A DNA stretch of 64,000 nt from an uncultured virus (IMG/VR IMGVR_UViG_3300009481_005157) (IMGVR_UViG_3300009481_005157), one strand, 5' to 3'. Positions 9,174-19,964 are shown, counted from the first letter of the stretch. Made by a program: numbers and translations. Notes: generated by a model from the sequence alone, not told the origin.

Positions 9174-10170
9174 TCAGACTATAAAAATATTGAGCAGGGC
9201 TAACGCGAAGAAGGAAAAGTATAACATACTGACTTTTGACACACATGAAAGATATCAGTCCCAACTTTGCAAGACCGGACATAACTTTTTTAGCTTTCGA
9301 TATGACAACTGTAAAGAGTGGGATACTGCCTATGCACCCCTGCCCGAGAACTATTACGTTTTACCAGCCAACTCCGTTATCAGTGGGCTGGACATAGACT
9401 TCATTCTCAGCCAGAGTAAATTCGGACAGTTTCAGGTTTCTTCGAGAGTTCAAGATATTCTACATGTTCCAATACTTTCTTTGGAGCACACACTCCCGAT
9501 TCCTGACTGGCCGGAAGCACAGTTAAGCATGTTTAGGGGGATGAAGGGAGTAGATAACGTCTTTATATCAGACTACTCGGTCGAGAAGTGGGACATGTCG
9601 TGCCCGACAACCGTAATACATCACTCCGTTGACACAGATTCATTTTCCCCACGGGAACAAGAGCAAACGGTGGATATTCTCAGTGTTGTTAATGAATTTG
9701 CGGACAGGGACTATTGCTGCAACTACACAGGTTGGCAAAGAATCACCTCGAAATTCTCCGACAAGGTTGTAGACGTGGTTGGAAAAGATAGTGAAAAAAT
9801 ACCAAATGTAAAGGGAGGTACAGCAGACGGGGTGGAGGATTTAGTATCCAGATACAACGGAAGTAAGGTCTTTCTTAACACATCCACTATCAGTCCGGTT
9901 CCCACATCCTTACTAGAGGCTATGGCTTGTGGTTGTGCCGTAGTGACTACGGCCACATGCATGATACCTGAGATAATGGAGAACGGGGTAAACGGATACT
10001 GCTCCAATGACGAGTCTGAGCTAATTCAATACACTCAGGAGCTTTTAGAAGACCCCGAACTGCGGAAAAAGATGGGACAAAGCGCCAGAGATACTGTTCT
10101 GGAAAAGTTCTCAGAGGAGAAATTTATAAATAACTGGAACACAACTTTTGACAGGATATATGGAGCATAG
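9166..10170 (+). CDS. Glycosyltransferase, GT-B fold (GT4-like)
   Basis: SPVPTSLLEAMACGCAVVTT, PEIMENGVNGY and LRKKMGQSAR. Confidence 0.88.
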   Translation: MTNQTIKILSRANAKKEKYNILTFDTHERYQSQLCKTGHNFFSFRYDNCKEWDTAYAPLPENYYVLPANSVISGLDIDFILSQSKFGQFQVSSRVQDILHVPILSLEHTLPIPDWPEAQLSMFRGMKGVDNVFISDYSVEKWDMSCPTTVIHHSVDTDSFSPREQEQTVDILSVVNEFADRDYCCNYTGWQRITSKFSDKVVDVVGKDSEKIPNVKGGTADGVEDLVSRYNGSKVFLNTSTISPVPTSLLEAMACGCAVVTTATCMIPEIMENGVNGYCSNDESELIQYTQELLEDPELRKKMGQSARDTVLEKFSEEKFINNWNTTFDRIYGA

Positions 10171-10172
10171 AC

Positions 10173-10589
10173 ATGAAATTACATATTGTAAGACCAAATC
10201 AAGAGTCGATAGAGAATTTTGCAAGGGCTGTAGCATTTAATGATGATGTTAATTTGACGGAGGTATCTGACAATGAGTGCGAAGTCATTATGGCGAATGA
10301 CGCCGTTGACGCATTTACTATAGACAAGATCGGGCATCTTGTTGAATCGCTCAGAAAAAAAATGCGCATGAACGCCACCTTAGTCATTGGCGGGACAGAC
10401 ATCAGGCTACTGTGCAAGGCTATCATTAATGACCAGATTACCGAACAGGAGGGTTCTAATATCATAGGTTCAATCAGTTCGGCATCCAACCTAGAAAGCC
10501 TGAAGGAAGCTTTGAAAGCGGTAGGCCTGAACGTCGTTTCCACACAAATAAGTGGAATTCACTACGAAGTAACAGCAAAAAGGGGTTAA
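10173..10589 (+). CDS. Hypothetical protein, truncated or degenerate class I methyltransferase-like
   Basis: Resembles the C-terminal half of a SAM-MTase (CEVIMANDAVD...KKMRMNATLVIGGTD) and has no glycine-rich motif I. Confidence 0.45.
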   Translation: MKLHIVRPNQESIENFARAVAFNDDVNLTEVSDNECEVIMANDAVDAFTIDKIGHLVESLRKKMRMNATLVIGGTDIRLLCKAIINDQITEQEGSNIIGSISSASNLESLKEALKAVGLNVVSTQISGIHYEVTAKRG

Positions 10590-10590
10590 T

Positions 10591-11349
10591 ATGAAAAACG
10601 GACAGCAAATTGCCACCGTATACAATAGCCTCTGTTCCTCGTGTATCTTCAATGACGACAGCAAAGATATGTTAGACTCTTGTGAAGCTGGTATACTTAG
10701 TAATCTACCATACGCAAAAAATCCAACAGGGTTTTGTTTGCTCCATAGACCCAAGGATTTTGACCTAGAAGGTAGATCAAAAGAGGAGTTTTTGGAACAT
10801 ACCAAGAAAACTTCCAGCAATAAGTACGGCATTATTATTTTTGATGAGTCAGATAACAATCAGGATGTGATTAAGACCATTGACTCGATCATCTCCTGCG
10901 AATATCCAAAAAACAGAATAAAGGTGGTGCTATCGATTGAAGAAAAAACGCTCTCAGGTAGAAAATCTAACATCGGAGAATACCTAAAGAACTACTACCA
11001 TTTGGGAGAAAACGATATAGTTGCGGAATTAACTTTTCACAAGCCGGATATGCCTCCCGTAATCATGGAGACGGAAGTGTTCCAGAAAATAGTGGAAGCC
11101 ACGCACTTTATCAACATAAATGCTGGCAACACAATTGATAAAAACATACTACAATATGTTCAGGATAAAAATAGCGGCATGGAAAAAATTATAGTTTGTA
11201 GAGATGAAGATCAGGATGTCACATGTCTGCCAAAATCAGTCGCCCAGAACTTCTACCTTAACTACAACAATTACAGAAATATGGTCAAAACCCTCGTTGA
11301 TGAGGCGATAAATACGGACACATACTTTAAATATGAGAAATCAGAGTAG
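10591..11349 (+). CDS. Hypothetical protein, Cys-containing N-terminus, degenerate GT-A-like
   Basis: Operon-embedded 252-aa ORF. IKTIDSIISCEYPKNRIKVV resembles a GT2 N-terminal segment, but there is no DxD. Confidence 0.45.
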   Translation: MKNGQQIATVYNSLCSSCIFNDDSKDMLDSCEAGILSNLPYAKNPTGFCLLHRPKDFDLEGRSKEEFLEHTKKTSSNKYGIIIFDESDNNQDVIKTIDSIISCEYPKNRIKVVLSIEEKTLSGRKSNIGEYLKNYYHLGENDIVAELTFHKPDMPPVIMETEVFQKIVEATHFININAGNTIDKNILQYVQDKNSGMEKIIVCRDEDQDVTCLPKSVAQNFYLNYNNYRNMVKTLVDEAINTDTYFKYEKSE

Positions 11350-12082
11350 ATACATTACGACCCCTCGCCATGAGAAGGGCGACGGTAGTAACACTACTCA
11401 GGATTTTGTTACCGTCGTACTCTTTAGCGAAAACCACGGATACCGCATGAAGTCGTATGGTCCAGTCAGCCTTATAAAGATAGGCGACAAGACTATTTTA
11501 GAGGCTCAGGTGGACGCAATAAAAGCATGTTTTTTGAATTTTGAAGTCATAGTATGTTCGGGGTTTGAAACACAGAAAACGGTCAACTTCATTAAAGACA
11601 AGTTCCCGGAAATCAATATAAGAGTAGTTGAAAACCAAGTACATTTTAACACCAATTGTTGCGAGAGCGCAAGATTATGTCTCAATAACACAGCAAATGA
11701 CAAGATTCTTTTTTGCAGCGGATTCAATTTGATAAAGCCTCACCATCTAAAAAGTTTGGATCTAGATACATCATCGGTCGTCACTCAGAAGGGTAACGAC
11801 GACTCCTCGTTTGAAATAAATAGCATATCAAATGGGGGAATACTAGAGCAGTTATCATTGGGACTAAAAAAAGATTTTTGGACAGAGATGTTTCTCCTGT
11901 CCAGCAGAAACGTAATCAGAAGTTTTTACAATATATTATCAAGCCCCGAATATAAAAACAGATTCTTATTTGAGGCCATTAACGAAATATCTAAAAAGCA
12001 TGACTTCAAAACTATCGAGGTAGACATACCTGTAAGGAAAATAAACAACATAAAAACATTTAGAAGGATGTTAGAAATATGA
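11333..12082 (+). CDS. Sugar-phosphate nucleotidyltransferase-like protein (divergent)
   Basis: GYRMKSYGPVSLIKIGDKTILE matches the G-x-R...P(K)-L...I NTP-transferase N-terminus. The canonical AAG and Lys are replaced. Confidence 0.6.
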   Translation: MRNQSRYITTPRHEKGDGSNTTQDFVTVVLFSENHGYRMKSYGPVSLIKIGDKTILEAQVDAIKACFLNFEVIVCSGFETQKTVNFIKDKFPEINIRVVENQVHFNTNCCESARLCLNNTANDKILFCSGFNLIKPHHLKSLDLDTSSVVTQKGNDDSSFEINSISNGGILEQLSLGLKKDFWTEMFLLSSRNVIRSFYNILSSPEYKNRFLFEAINEISKKHDFKTIEVDIPVRKINNIKTFRRMLEI

Positions 12083-12960
12083 GGATATTGATACAAAATT
12101 ACACGTCCGTTATTTGCTCGGAACCAATGTACATGGCCAAAGCCTTTGAGCTTACTGGACACGACGTACACCTATGGGGTGATAGCCAAATATCTACATT
12201 TGATATATTTGACAGTTTTGCCCCAGACGTGTTTGTTACACATTTCCAATTTTTGGACCCCGACTGTATAAAGTACCTATCTCAAAACAAAAAGATAGAA
12301 TTGATACTTAATTGTACGGGCATGTCTGCTGATCAAATAAACATGATAGAGTCCACCGTAGAGGAAAACGGTATCAACTGCCCCTTTGTGTTTACTAATG
12401 CGGGTCATGTCTTGCCCTACCCGAGACCATCTAAGTTACGCATGGAATCCATACTGCCGGGACTAGATGTATTCTTACCCCCACAGCCACTACCAGACTA
12501 CAATATAGATCTTGGTGTAATAGCATTAGAGCCTAGCGAACTACTAGACCAACAGGTTGAAAACAGGGACAGCTACCACCTCATGAAACTGACGGTAAGC
12601 GGAGAAAGAGACAAGAACTTTGACATGCCGGTCAACATTCTCAGTCTAAGAGGGATGTACGATAAGTACGATGAGATAATGTTCGCCACGCCGATGAGTA
12701 TAATTTTCAGCCAGCTATTTTATGAGTCTGTATTCTATTCAAATAAAGTCAGCTTCAAGCTGGAAGAAGATCAGCAGCCTCTGTTCGATCAATTTCTGGT
12801 TTCAACATTTAAAGAGGAAGAAACGGACAATATATCAGAAGCACTAAAATCGCAAATAAAACACAAGCACACCTGCGTAAACAGAATTGCCAGACTTTGT
12901 AAGTTTATGAAGGACTCGGACACCAAACTTAAGCTAGAAAAGATAGGAAGCACACTGTGA
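12079..12960 (+). CDS. Hypothetical protein, possible degenerate GT-B fold
   Basis: MRILI...AFELTGHDVHLW...FAPDVFV is a typical GT-B N-terminal domain. Operon context. Confidence 0.45.
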   Translation: MRILIQNYTSVICSEPMYMAKAFELTGHDVHLWGDSQISTFDIFDSFAPDVFVTHFQFLDPDCIKYLSQNKKIELILNCTGMSADQINMIESTVEENGINCPFVFTNAGHVLPYPRPSKLRMESILPGLDVFLPPQPLPDYNIDLGVIALEPSELLDQQVENRDSYHLMKLTVSGERDKNFDMPVNILSLRGMYDKYDEIMFATPMSIIFSQLFYESVFYSNKVSFKLEEDQQPLFDQFLVSTFKEEETDNISEALKSQIKHKHTCVNRIARLCKFMKDSDTKLKLEKIGSTL

Positions 12961-13667
12961 GATTATTAGTCCAATTTCCTACCCTCGGCAGACCAGACAA
13001 GTTCCTCAGAGTATTAAACGAGTATGTCGTTAGGTTGAGTACGTGGAACGAGGCATTCTTTAACATCAACTGTGATGCTGAAGATGAGAGCATGAACAAT
13101 GCGGAGGTGGTTAACGAAATACACAAAATTCTTTCAAAGAGACAGGAGTCGAGGGGTGTCATACATTTTGATCGGGATACGGACAAAATTAGCGCAATAA
13201 ACGCACATGTGGAAGAACAAAGCTTTGACGCCGTGATATGCGCGTCAGACGACATGGTGCCACAAGTGTTCAGTTGGGATCAGCGTATAGCCGAAGCAAT
13301 GCAAGAGTATTTTCCCGATTTGGACGGCTGCGTTCACTTCAATGACGGAAACACCAACGGAGAACTTATAACCTTTTCTATACTCGGTAAGAAGTTATAC
13401 GAATATTTTGGATACATATACCACCCAGACTACAAAAGTCTGTATTGCGATGACGAGTTTACGCAAGTAGTGAGAGCTATGGGTAAAGAGAAGTATATAG
13501 ACAATGTTATCATAACTCATGAGCATTATAGTGTAGAGGGGACTGAGAACCACGGAGATGTGGACTTCGCTGCACAAAAAACCCTGCATTATTCCGGTAG
13601 GGATCAGCTGGTATTTAATAAAAGGAAAGAGCTTGGATTCCCTAAGCATAGAATAACAGAGGACTAA
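12957..13667 (+). CDS. Glycosyltransferase, GT-A fold (GT2-like)
   Basis: FPTLGRP, ICASDDM and LYCDDEF. GTG start overlaps the upstream stop. Confidence 0.8.
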   Translation: MRLLVQFPTLGRPDKFLRVLNEYVVRLSTWNEAFFNINCDAEDESMNNAEVVNEIHKILSKRQESRGVIHFDRDTDKISAINAHVEEQSFDAVICASDDMVPQVFSWDQRIAEAMQEYFPDLDGCVHFNDGNTNGELITFSILGKKLYEYFGYIYHPDYKSLYCDDEFTQVVRAMGKEKYIDNVIITHEHYSVEGTENHGDVDFAAQKTLHYSGRDQLVFNKRKELGFPKHRITED

Positions 13668-14290
13668 TGATGGATCATCACGATATAACGAATATGAGAA
13701 CGCTTGACATGCTGAAGTGCGTAGGGGTGAACGATGTTGTAGTGGACGTTGGAGCCTGCGATGGCACGTATACCAATTACTTTAAGAATAAACTGCTCGG
13801 TACCGGTAAGATATACTGCCTAGAGATGAGTCCCACGAACTTTGAGGTACTCAATCAAAGATTCGCACAAGACAATATAAGTATCATCAATGTTGCCGTG
13901 TCCGATCACGAGGGAGATGTCACCTTCTATAACGGAGCGACTAAGGAAGAATTTAACTTAGTTGGCCATAATACTTCTTTCAAAAAAATGGAAGAGGCGG
14001 GAACTATTGCGTGTTCCACTCTAGACAAGATTCTAGAAAAAGAAGACAGAATCAAAATCATTAAGATAGATGTTGAGGGTGCAGAACTCCAAGTGTTGAG
14101 GGGAATGAAACGTATCGCAGAGAAGACAGAGTGCATACTTCTAGAAAACCACTTTGATGAAGACTGGCCAGAAATTAGAAAGATTCTTATTGAAGATTAC
14201 GGCTTTACCTGCTATAATATAGAAAAACAGGAAGGGGTCACAATGGAAAGCCCTAGGCCGTATCAATGTCTATGTCAGAGGGAAGCATGA
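13667..14290 (+). CDS. FkbM-family SAM methyltransferase
   Basis: VDVGACDG and IKIDVEGAELQVLRG. Confidence 0.9.
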   Translation: MMDHHDITNMRTLDMLKCVGVNDVVVDVGACDGTYTNYFKNKLLGTGKIYCLEMSPTNFEVLNQRFAQDNISIINVAVSDHEGDVTFYNGATKEEFNLVGHNTSFKKMEEAGTIACSTLDKILEKEDRIKIIKIDVEGAELQVLRGMKRIAEKTECILLENHFDEDWPEIRKILIEDYGFTCYNIEKQEGVTMESPRPYQCLCQREA

Positions 14291-15156
14291 AACATCTGTG
14301 TGTAGTGTCAGACTACAACTTCCTACCAAAGGGTCTTACTCTTTACGAGTCGCTACTGAAGAATAGTGAAGACTTTGTTCTGCATTATCTCTGCTTCGAC
14401 GAGAAATCGTATGCGAAGTTGCTAGAGTACGAGTCGGATTCTCTGAGGGTATACAGCGACGAGAGTTTTCTAGAAAACGACGAGGTGCTAAACCTACTGA
14501 AAACCTCAGATAGGAAGTATTACTCATATACACTGGCCTCCTATTTCTCTCACCAACTTATGCGAGAGCTAGACGCCCCCATAACATACATAGACGCAGA
14601 TATATTTTTCCATCAAGACATAGATGTCATTTTTGAGGAGATGGGAGAAAAGGAAGTTGGCATATTCAGACACAGGCAATACGACCCAAGTTACCCAAAC
14701 GGTAATGGCTGGTTCAATGTCGGTGTTGTATATTTTAAAAACACTGTCGCCGGTCGCCACGTCCTGTCTTGGTGGTCAGACGCGGTGCTGTACAGAAAGT
14801 ACCCTGAGCTAGCAACATGTGGAGATCAGAGATACCTAGACGCCTTCTTGGAGCTAGATGAAGCAAAGCTCTTCATAGACGGAGCTATAGGGCACGGAGC
14901 GCCTTGGCAGTGGATGCTTTATGACTTCTCAACATACGAAGATGACGGATACATTACTTGGAGGGGGCAAAAGCAGAAATTGGTTTTTAGTCATTTTTCA
15001 CAGTTTGAGTATTCTATCGAGAACGACACATACACCCCATCAACAATGCACCACTGCTTCACTCCTGTAGAGATGTATGAAACCGGTGGACTCAAGAAAA
15101 TATACGACGACTATTTTGAAGAAATAAAGAAAATCCATGACAAGTATTTATTTTAA
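14287..15156 (+). CDS. Glycosyltransferase, GT-A fold
   Basis: YIDADIFF (DxD), FNVGVVYF, GDQRYLD and FSHFS. Confidence 0.8.
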   Translation: MKHLCVVSDYNFLPKGLTLYESLLKNSEDFVLHYLCFDEKSYAKLLEYESDSLRVYSDESFLENDEVLNLLKTSDRKYYSYTLASYFSHQLMRELDAPITYIDADIFFHQDIDVIFEEMGEKEVGIFRHRQYDPSYPNGNGWFNVGVVYFKNTVAGRHVLSWWSDAVLYRKYPELATCGDQRYLDAFLELDEAKLFIDGAIGHGAPWQWMLYDFSTYEDDGYITWRGQKQKLVFSHFSQFEYSIENDTYTPSTMHHCFTPVEMYETGGLKKIYDDYFEEIKKIHDKYLF

Positions 15157-15165
15157 CGAGGAACA

Positions 15166-16068
15166 ATGATGATTTTTGCAGTAACTGGCGGTAGAGGGTT
15201 TATAGGTAGCCACTTCGTGGAAAGAGTCCTCGAAGGAGATAACGAGGTTATCGACATAGACAAGATGACCTACGCCTCAAATAAAACCCTACCTTGGGAC
15301 GATGATCCTAGATATACTCACATAAAAGAGGATATATGCGATCTAACACACATCCCCGTGTGCGATATTCTGGTCAATTTTGCAGCAGAATCACACGTAG
15401 ATAATTCGATAGAAGCCCCAAAGGTATTTTTAAGGTCAAACGTAGAGGGCGTATTTAACATCCTAAGCCTACTTAGGGCGAAGGTGTATCAGAAGCCTAA
15501 GTTTATTCACATCAGCACAGACGAAGTGTACGGCGACGTGAACGCGCACGAGGATGACAAAACAGAAGAAAGCATTTTAAACCCCAGTAATCCCTACTCA
15601 GCGACGAAAGCTGCGGCAGAAATGCTAATCTTTGCATACGCTAGAACATTTGATGTAAACTATCAGATAGTACGAAGCACCAATAATTACGGCCCAAGGC
15701 AATATCCTGAAAAATTGATACCAAAAATTCTTCATAGCTTGGATACGGGTCAGAAGATACCTATTCACGGCGATGGTAGCTATGTCAGAGACTGGCTTTA
15801 TGTGACCGACAACGCCAACGCCATCTATGACATCTGCTTCTCCAAAGAGGAAGATCAGATATGGAATATCTCTGCATACAACTACATGACAAATTTAGAG
15901 GTTGTCCAGCAGGTTTGCAAATGGAAGGGGATCGACAACTGGAAGGAACATGTGGAGTTCATAGAGAACCGCATGGGCCAAGATTATAGATACTCAATTA
16001 ATTCTACCAAGGTGAGGTGGGAATTTGGTTGGGAGCCACATAGGAAAGGACTGCATAACTTTGCCTAA
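15166..16068 (+). CDS. rfbB: dTDP-glucose 4,6-dehydratase
   Basis: TGGRGFIG, NFAAESHVDNSI, STDEVYG, PYSATKA and NNYGPRQYPEKLIP. Confidence 0.92.
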   Translation: MMIFAVTGGRGFIGSHFVERVLEGDNEVIDIDKMTYASNKTLPWDDDPRYTHIKEDICDLTHIPVCDILVNFAAESHVDNSIEAPKVFLRSNVEGVFNILSLLRAKVYQKPKFIHISTDEVYGDVNAHEDDKTEESILNPSNPYSATKAAAEMLIFAYARTFDVNYQIVRSTNNYGPRQYPEKLIPKILHSLDTGQKIPIHGDGSYVRDWLYVTDNANAIYDICFSKEEDQIWNISAYNYMTNLEVVQQVCKWKGIDNWKEHVEFIENRMGQDYRYSINSTKVRWEFGWEPHRKGLHNFA

Positions 16069-16867
16069 CTTAAATGATATCGGAAAAAAATACGGAACCG
16101 ATAAGGCTAATGGCTTTCATGGGTATCTTGATGAATATGAGAGAATAGCAAATCTGCCAGATCTCCGCGACAAAGAAATGAAGATGCTAGAGATTGGTGT
16201 GCTTGATGGAGCATCAATTAAAATGTGGGCCGAATACTTTGAAAAGGGCAGGATAGTTGGTGTAGACAATCTCAAAAGAAACATACATTTAGGTAACGAC
16301 AATGTACCAAGCAATTTTGTAGTCAGAAAAGACAACGCTTTGTACGGACTAGGTATTGAAGCTCTCCTCTCTTTGTATAGTGATATCATGGATGACAACA
16401 GCAGGGTAGAGCTTTATAATTACGATCAGGGGAAAAGAGACCACCTTGAAATGCTTATAAACGATGCGGGAGGCGACTTCGACTTCATAATAGACGACGG
16501 ATCACACTTCCAAGAAGATCAGATGGTGTCATTTTCATATCTACTTCAGCATTTAAAGTCTGGTGGTTACTATATTATAGAAGATGTAGCCCTACCACTC
16601 TCCGGCTATTTTGACGAATTCAATCCAGCAGACGTATGTTGGGGCATCGAAAAAACAAGCCGTCAAACCGGATTCTTTAGAGACATTGTTTTTAATACTT
16701 TTATTGATTTTGCAGCTACCGGTACTATAAAATCTAAATATTTAACTGATGAAGAGATGGAATACATAAATAACAATGTTGCCACCTCAGAAAGGTTTAA
16801 CGGTCTAGATATTCAGGTCGTTTGCTTGTCTGCCCGCAGCAGTTTTATTACGATTAGGAAAAAATAA
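16061..16867 (+). CDS. Class I SAM-dependent sugar O-methyltransferase-like protein
   Basis: YGTDK, LEIGVLDGASIKMW, IIDDGSH and YIIED. Start uncertain: TTG 16061 after AAAGGA, with the frame open from 16025. Confidence 0.8.
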   Translation: MPNLNDIGKKYGTDKANGFHGYLDEYERIANLPDLRDKEMKMLEIGVLDGASIKMWAEYFEKGRIVGVDNLKRNIHLGNDNVPSNFVVRKDNALYGLGIEALLSLYSDIMDDNSRVELYNYDQGKRDHLEMLINDAGGDFDFIIDDGSHFQEDQMVSFSYLLQHLKSGGYYIIEDVALPLSGYFDEFNPADVCWGIEKTSRQTGFFRDIVFNTFIDFAATGTIKSKYLTDEEMEYINNNVATSERFNGLDIQVVCLSARSSFITIRKK

Positions 16868-17742
16868 TGAAAATAGCTTTTGGAATGATCGTATTTGAGG
16901 GAGATTATGTTTTAGAGGAGTGCCTACAGCAAGTTTATCCCTACGCTTCCCAGATTCTCATAGCAGAGGGGCCGGTCGAATACTGGCAACGTCAGGGGAG
17001 AACTACGTCTACGGACAGGACAAACGAAATCCTTAGAAGATTTCCGGACCCAGAAGGGAAGATCAAAATCACACATGGTCAATTTTCTGAAAAAGACGAG
17101 CAATGCAAGGCTTACATGGGCGGAATCAATGACGACATAGATTACCTTTGGAACCTTGACTGCGACGAACTTTACAGCACGGAAGATTTGGAAAAGACTA
17201 TAGAGTTCTTAGAAAGGCATCGTCCCACAAGCGTGGGTGTTACAAGCTGTTCTTTCTATGGGGGTATCAATCACTATCTAACCGGATTTGAACTCCAGAG
17301 GGACAACTTCCTACGTATATTTAAGTATGAGCCGGGAGCAACTTGGCTAACCCACAGACCCCCGACAATGAAGTATCCGTCCCATGTGGCGTACAAGCAT
17401 GTGGACAGTGAAAAGTTTTACGACATGACTGGGGTGTTGATGTATCATTATTCGTATGTGTTCCCACATCAGGTTGCCCGCAAGGTCGGTTACTATAAGG
17501 ACAGCGTATCTAAACAGAATTGTATTGATAATTACTTTGAAAAAATATATTTACCTTGGGTAAATGGTACGTTGCAGGATAGAATAGATATAGAAAATAC
17601 CTTTTTGGGTGTCCACGAGTTTAACCCTTGGGTTCGGGGCGAATGTCGCACAGCCAAATTTTTAGGTTCGCATCCAAAGTCAATAGACCCGGACAAAATA
17701 CACAGTAGGATTCATAAGGAGTTGGGAGAATATTTATGCTAG
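16867..17742 (+). CDS. Glycosyltransferase, GT-A fold
   Basis: IAEG...STDRT, WNLDCDE (DxD) and HYSYV. Confidence 0.72.
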   Translation: MKIAFGMIVFEGDYVLEECLQQVYPYASQILIAEGPVEYWQRQGRTTSTDRTNEILRRFPDPEGKIKITHGQFSEKDEQCKAYMGGINDDIDYLWNLDCDELYSTEDLEKTIEFLERHRPTSVGVTSCSFYGGINHYLTGFELQRDNFLRIFKYEPGATWLTHRPPTMKYPSHVAYKHVDSEKFYDMTGVLMYHYSYVFPHQVARKVGYYKDSVSKQNCIDNYFEKIYLPWVNGTLQDRIDIENTFLGVHEFNPWVRGECRTAKFLGSHPKSIDPDKIHSRIHKELGEYLC

Positions 17743-18569
17743 CACAGCCAAAGCCATCTCAAGAGGGCAACGACAGAATTAGGGACGCCATAGACTCTGG
17801 AAAGCCGTTCATAGCTTCCAAGATTGGAGCAGTAGAGAGAACAATTATCTCAGACAAGATAAGGTTTAACGCCTACGCAGATACCACTAAATTCTTTGCG
17901 TCAAATAACGCTGGGGTTTCTCCGGGAGATGACAGCACTCTGGATTTCTTTTTTGAGGTATATACCTCGGCCCTTCAAAACATAGCCTACCTTGGGTCTA
18001 TGGAGTCTTATGAGGAGGCAATAGTGATAGAGAACTTTGCTAGCGATGCTGAGTTCTTTGAGCTTAGGTTTCTAGAGCCATTTTACTTTCACAACCCGTG
18101 GAGCGAGGCGCTTGCTGGGAAGAAAGTACTGGTGATACACCCATTTGAAGAAGACATCATCAATCAATACTCCAAGAGAGAGTTGCTATTCACCCACAAT
18201 GTACTGCCAGAGTTTGACCTCAAGACCATCAAGTCCGAACAGACCAATGGTGGAGGTTTGGAGTCAGGTGGGGATCTCAACTTCGCCACGGCGCTGGAGC
18301 TAATGACAAACAAAATGGACAACATAGATTACGATGTCGCAGTCATAGGATGCGGCGCTTACGGACTGGTACTGGCTGACTATGCTTTAGCCCAAGGTAA
18401 GCAAGCTGTACATATCGGTGGCGGCCTACAGATCATGTTTGGTATCAAGGGTAAAAGATGGGATCAACATCCAGACATCGGCCCGATGTATAACGAACAT
18501 TGGTGCAGACCACAGCAGTCCACCAAGCCAGTAAGGTTTGACGACATAGAAGGAGGCACATATTGGTAG
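17736..18569 (+). CDS. Glycan-locus protein, possible GT-D/DUF1792-like glycosyltransferase
   Basis: PWSEALAGKKVLVIHPF, DVAVIGCGAYG and AVHIGGGLQIMFGIKGKRWD, a pattern typical of polysaccharide-locus proteins. Confidence 0.55.
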   Translation: MLAQPKPSQEGNDRIRDAIDSGKPFIASKIGAVERTIISDKIRFNAYADTTKFFASNNAGVSPGDDSTLDFFFEVYTSALQNIAYLGSMESYEEAIVIENFASDAEFFELRFLEPFYFHNPWSEALAGKKVLVIHPFEEDIINQYSKRELLFTHNVLPEFDLKTIKSEQTNGGGLESGGDLNFATALELMTNKMDNIDYDVAVIGCGAYGLVLADYALAQGKQAVHIGGGLQIMFGIKGKRWDQHPDIGPMYNEHWCRPQQSTKPVRFDDIEGGTYW

Positions 18570-19390
18570 TCCCAGTAGTACTGATACACAGTGGTTTACA
18601 GCCCTATGTATATACGTGTATCAAACAGGCGTTGAAAAACAACGAAGTCTATCTCTTAGGCTCTGTTGGCCCAGATGTAGATAATGAGAACTTCACATAT
18701 ATCAGCCCCCAGAATGACATGGGTAAAGACATAAATAAGTTCTCCGACATGTACGTTCATTTAAATACAACTCCACCTGACTATGAACTATTTTGTTATA
18801 TTAGATGGTTTATGCTCAGAAACTTTATGGAGAAGTACGATATACCAGTGACGATGTATATAGACTCAGACGTTCTATTATTTCAGGACGCTACAGAGGG
18901 GTGGAAAAACTTCAGTGACTATACAATGTCATTAGTTCACAGGACTTCGGGGCATACGTCGTTTATGACTTTAGATGGCATAAATAGCTTCTGTGATATG
19001 CTCCTGAGCATCTATTCTGACAAGTCTGGGTATCACTTTAATAAAATAAAATCACATCTTGATATTAGACAGACCGCTGGACTTCCCGGAGGTGTGTGCG
19101 ATATGACACTGCTTGAGTATTTTCATTACCACGCAGAGTTTGGTGGGGGTCCGGGAAGGGTCGGGGAAATGATGTCAATCGTTAATAACTCTACTTACGA
19201 TCATAATATAAATGTCTCTGACGGTGACTATGAGTTTAATGGAGTAAAGACCGTCAAAGATTATGAAGATGGTAGACCCTCTATTTTCAATCATCGATTA
19301 GATAGATATATAAAGTTCAATTCACTGCACTTTCAAGGGGCGGCTAAGGATATAATGGGAGAAGTCCATGAAAAATTCTTGGAAAACTAG
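18563..19390 (+). CDS. Glycosyltransferase, GT-A fold
   Basis: CYIRWF, YIDSDVLL (DxD), CDMT and SLHFQG. Confidence 0.7.
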   Translation: MVVPVVLIHSGLQPYVYTCIKQALKNNEVYLLGSVGPDVDNENFTYISPQNDMGKDINKFSDMYVHLNTTPPDYELFCYIRWFMLRNFMEKYDIPVTMYIDSDVLLFQDATEGWKNFSDYTMSLVHRTSGHTSFMTLDGINSFCDMLLSIYSDKSGYHFNKIKSHLDIRQTAGLPGGVCDMTLLEYFHYHAEFGGGPGRVGEMMSIVNNSTYDHNINVSDGDYEFNGVKTVKDYEDGRPSIFNHRLDRYIKFNSLHFQGAAKDIMGEVHEKFLEN

Positions 19391-19964
19391 TTCTGTCTTT
19401 AGGCAACAATTGAGTCTAAACTTACAGGAGTTGAACGGGAGATACCCTCCGCACTGGACTAAGTTTTTAAGTCTGGTGGAGCAGGAAGGTTTAAGCAATA
19501 TACTCGATGTCGGCTGCGGTGTTGGCTCATATTATCCACTGCTTAGGCGTGAGATTGGCGACATAACATACACTGGGTGTGACTTTTCAGAAGAGGCGAT
19601 CCATCTTGCCAAAAATTCTTGGGAGTTTGGAAACTTTTTCGTTTTGGACTTCTGGGAGTTGACGGAAGAGATCTTAAAACCTTATGACACGATCCTCCTC
19701 AATGCATTCTTAGACGTACTGGAAAATGGAGACGAGGCGTTGGATTTCCTGCTAAATCTACGACCAAACTCTGTGTGTATACAGAGGATGGCATTCACAG
19801 ACGAGGAGAGCTACTACAGTACATATCAGGCATACGGCATTGATATATATAAGTATCGTCATAATCGAGAAAACTTTAAGAATATTGTAAGCAACAATGG
19901 TTATAACCTCCATCAATTTGGTAACGATATAGATTCCGAACACTATTATTTAACAAGGAAATAA
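19368..19964 (+). CDS. Class I SAM-dependent methyltransferase
   Basis: ILDVGCGVG and YTGCDFSEEAI. Confidence 0.85.
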   Translation: MKNSWKTSSVFRQQLSLNLQELNGRYPPHWTKFLSLVEQEGLSNILDVGCGVGSYYPLLRREIGDITYTGCDFSEEAIHLAKNSWEFGNFFVLDFWELTEEILKPYDTILLNAFLDVLENGDEALDFLLNLRPNSVCIQRMAFTDEESYYSTYQAYGIDIYKYRHNRENFKNIVSNNGYNLHQFGNDIDSEHYYLTRK

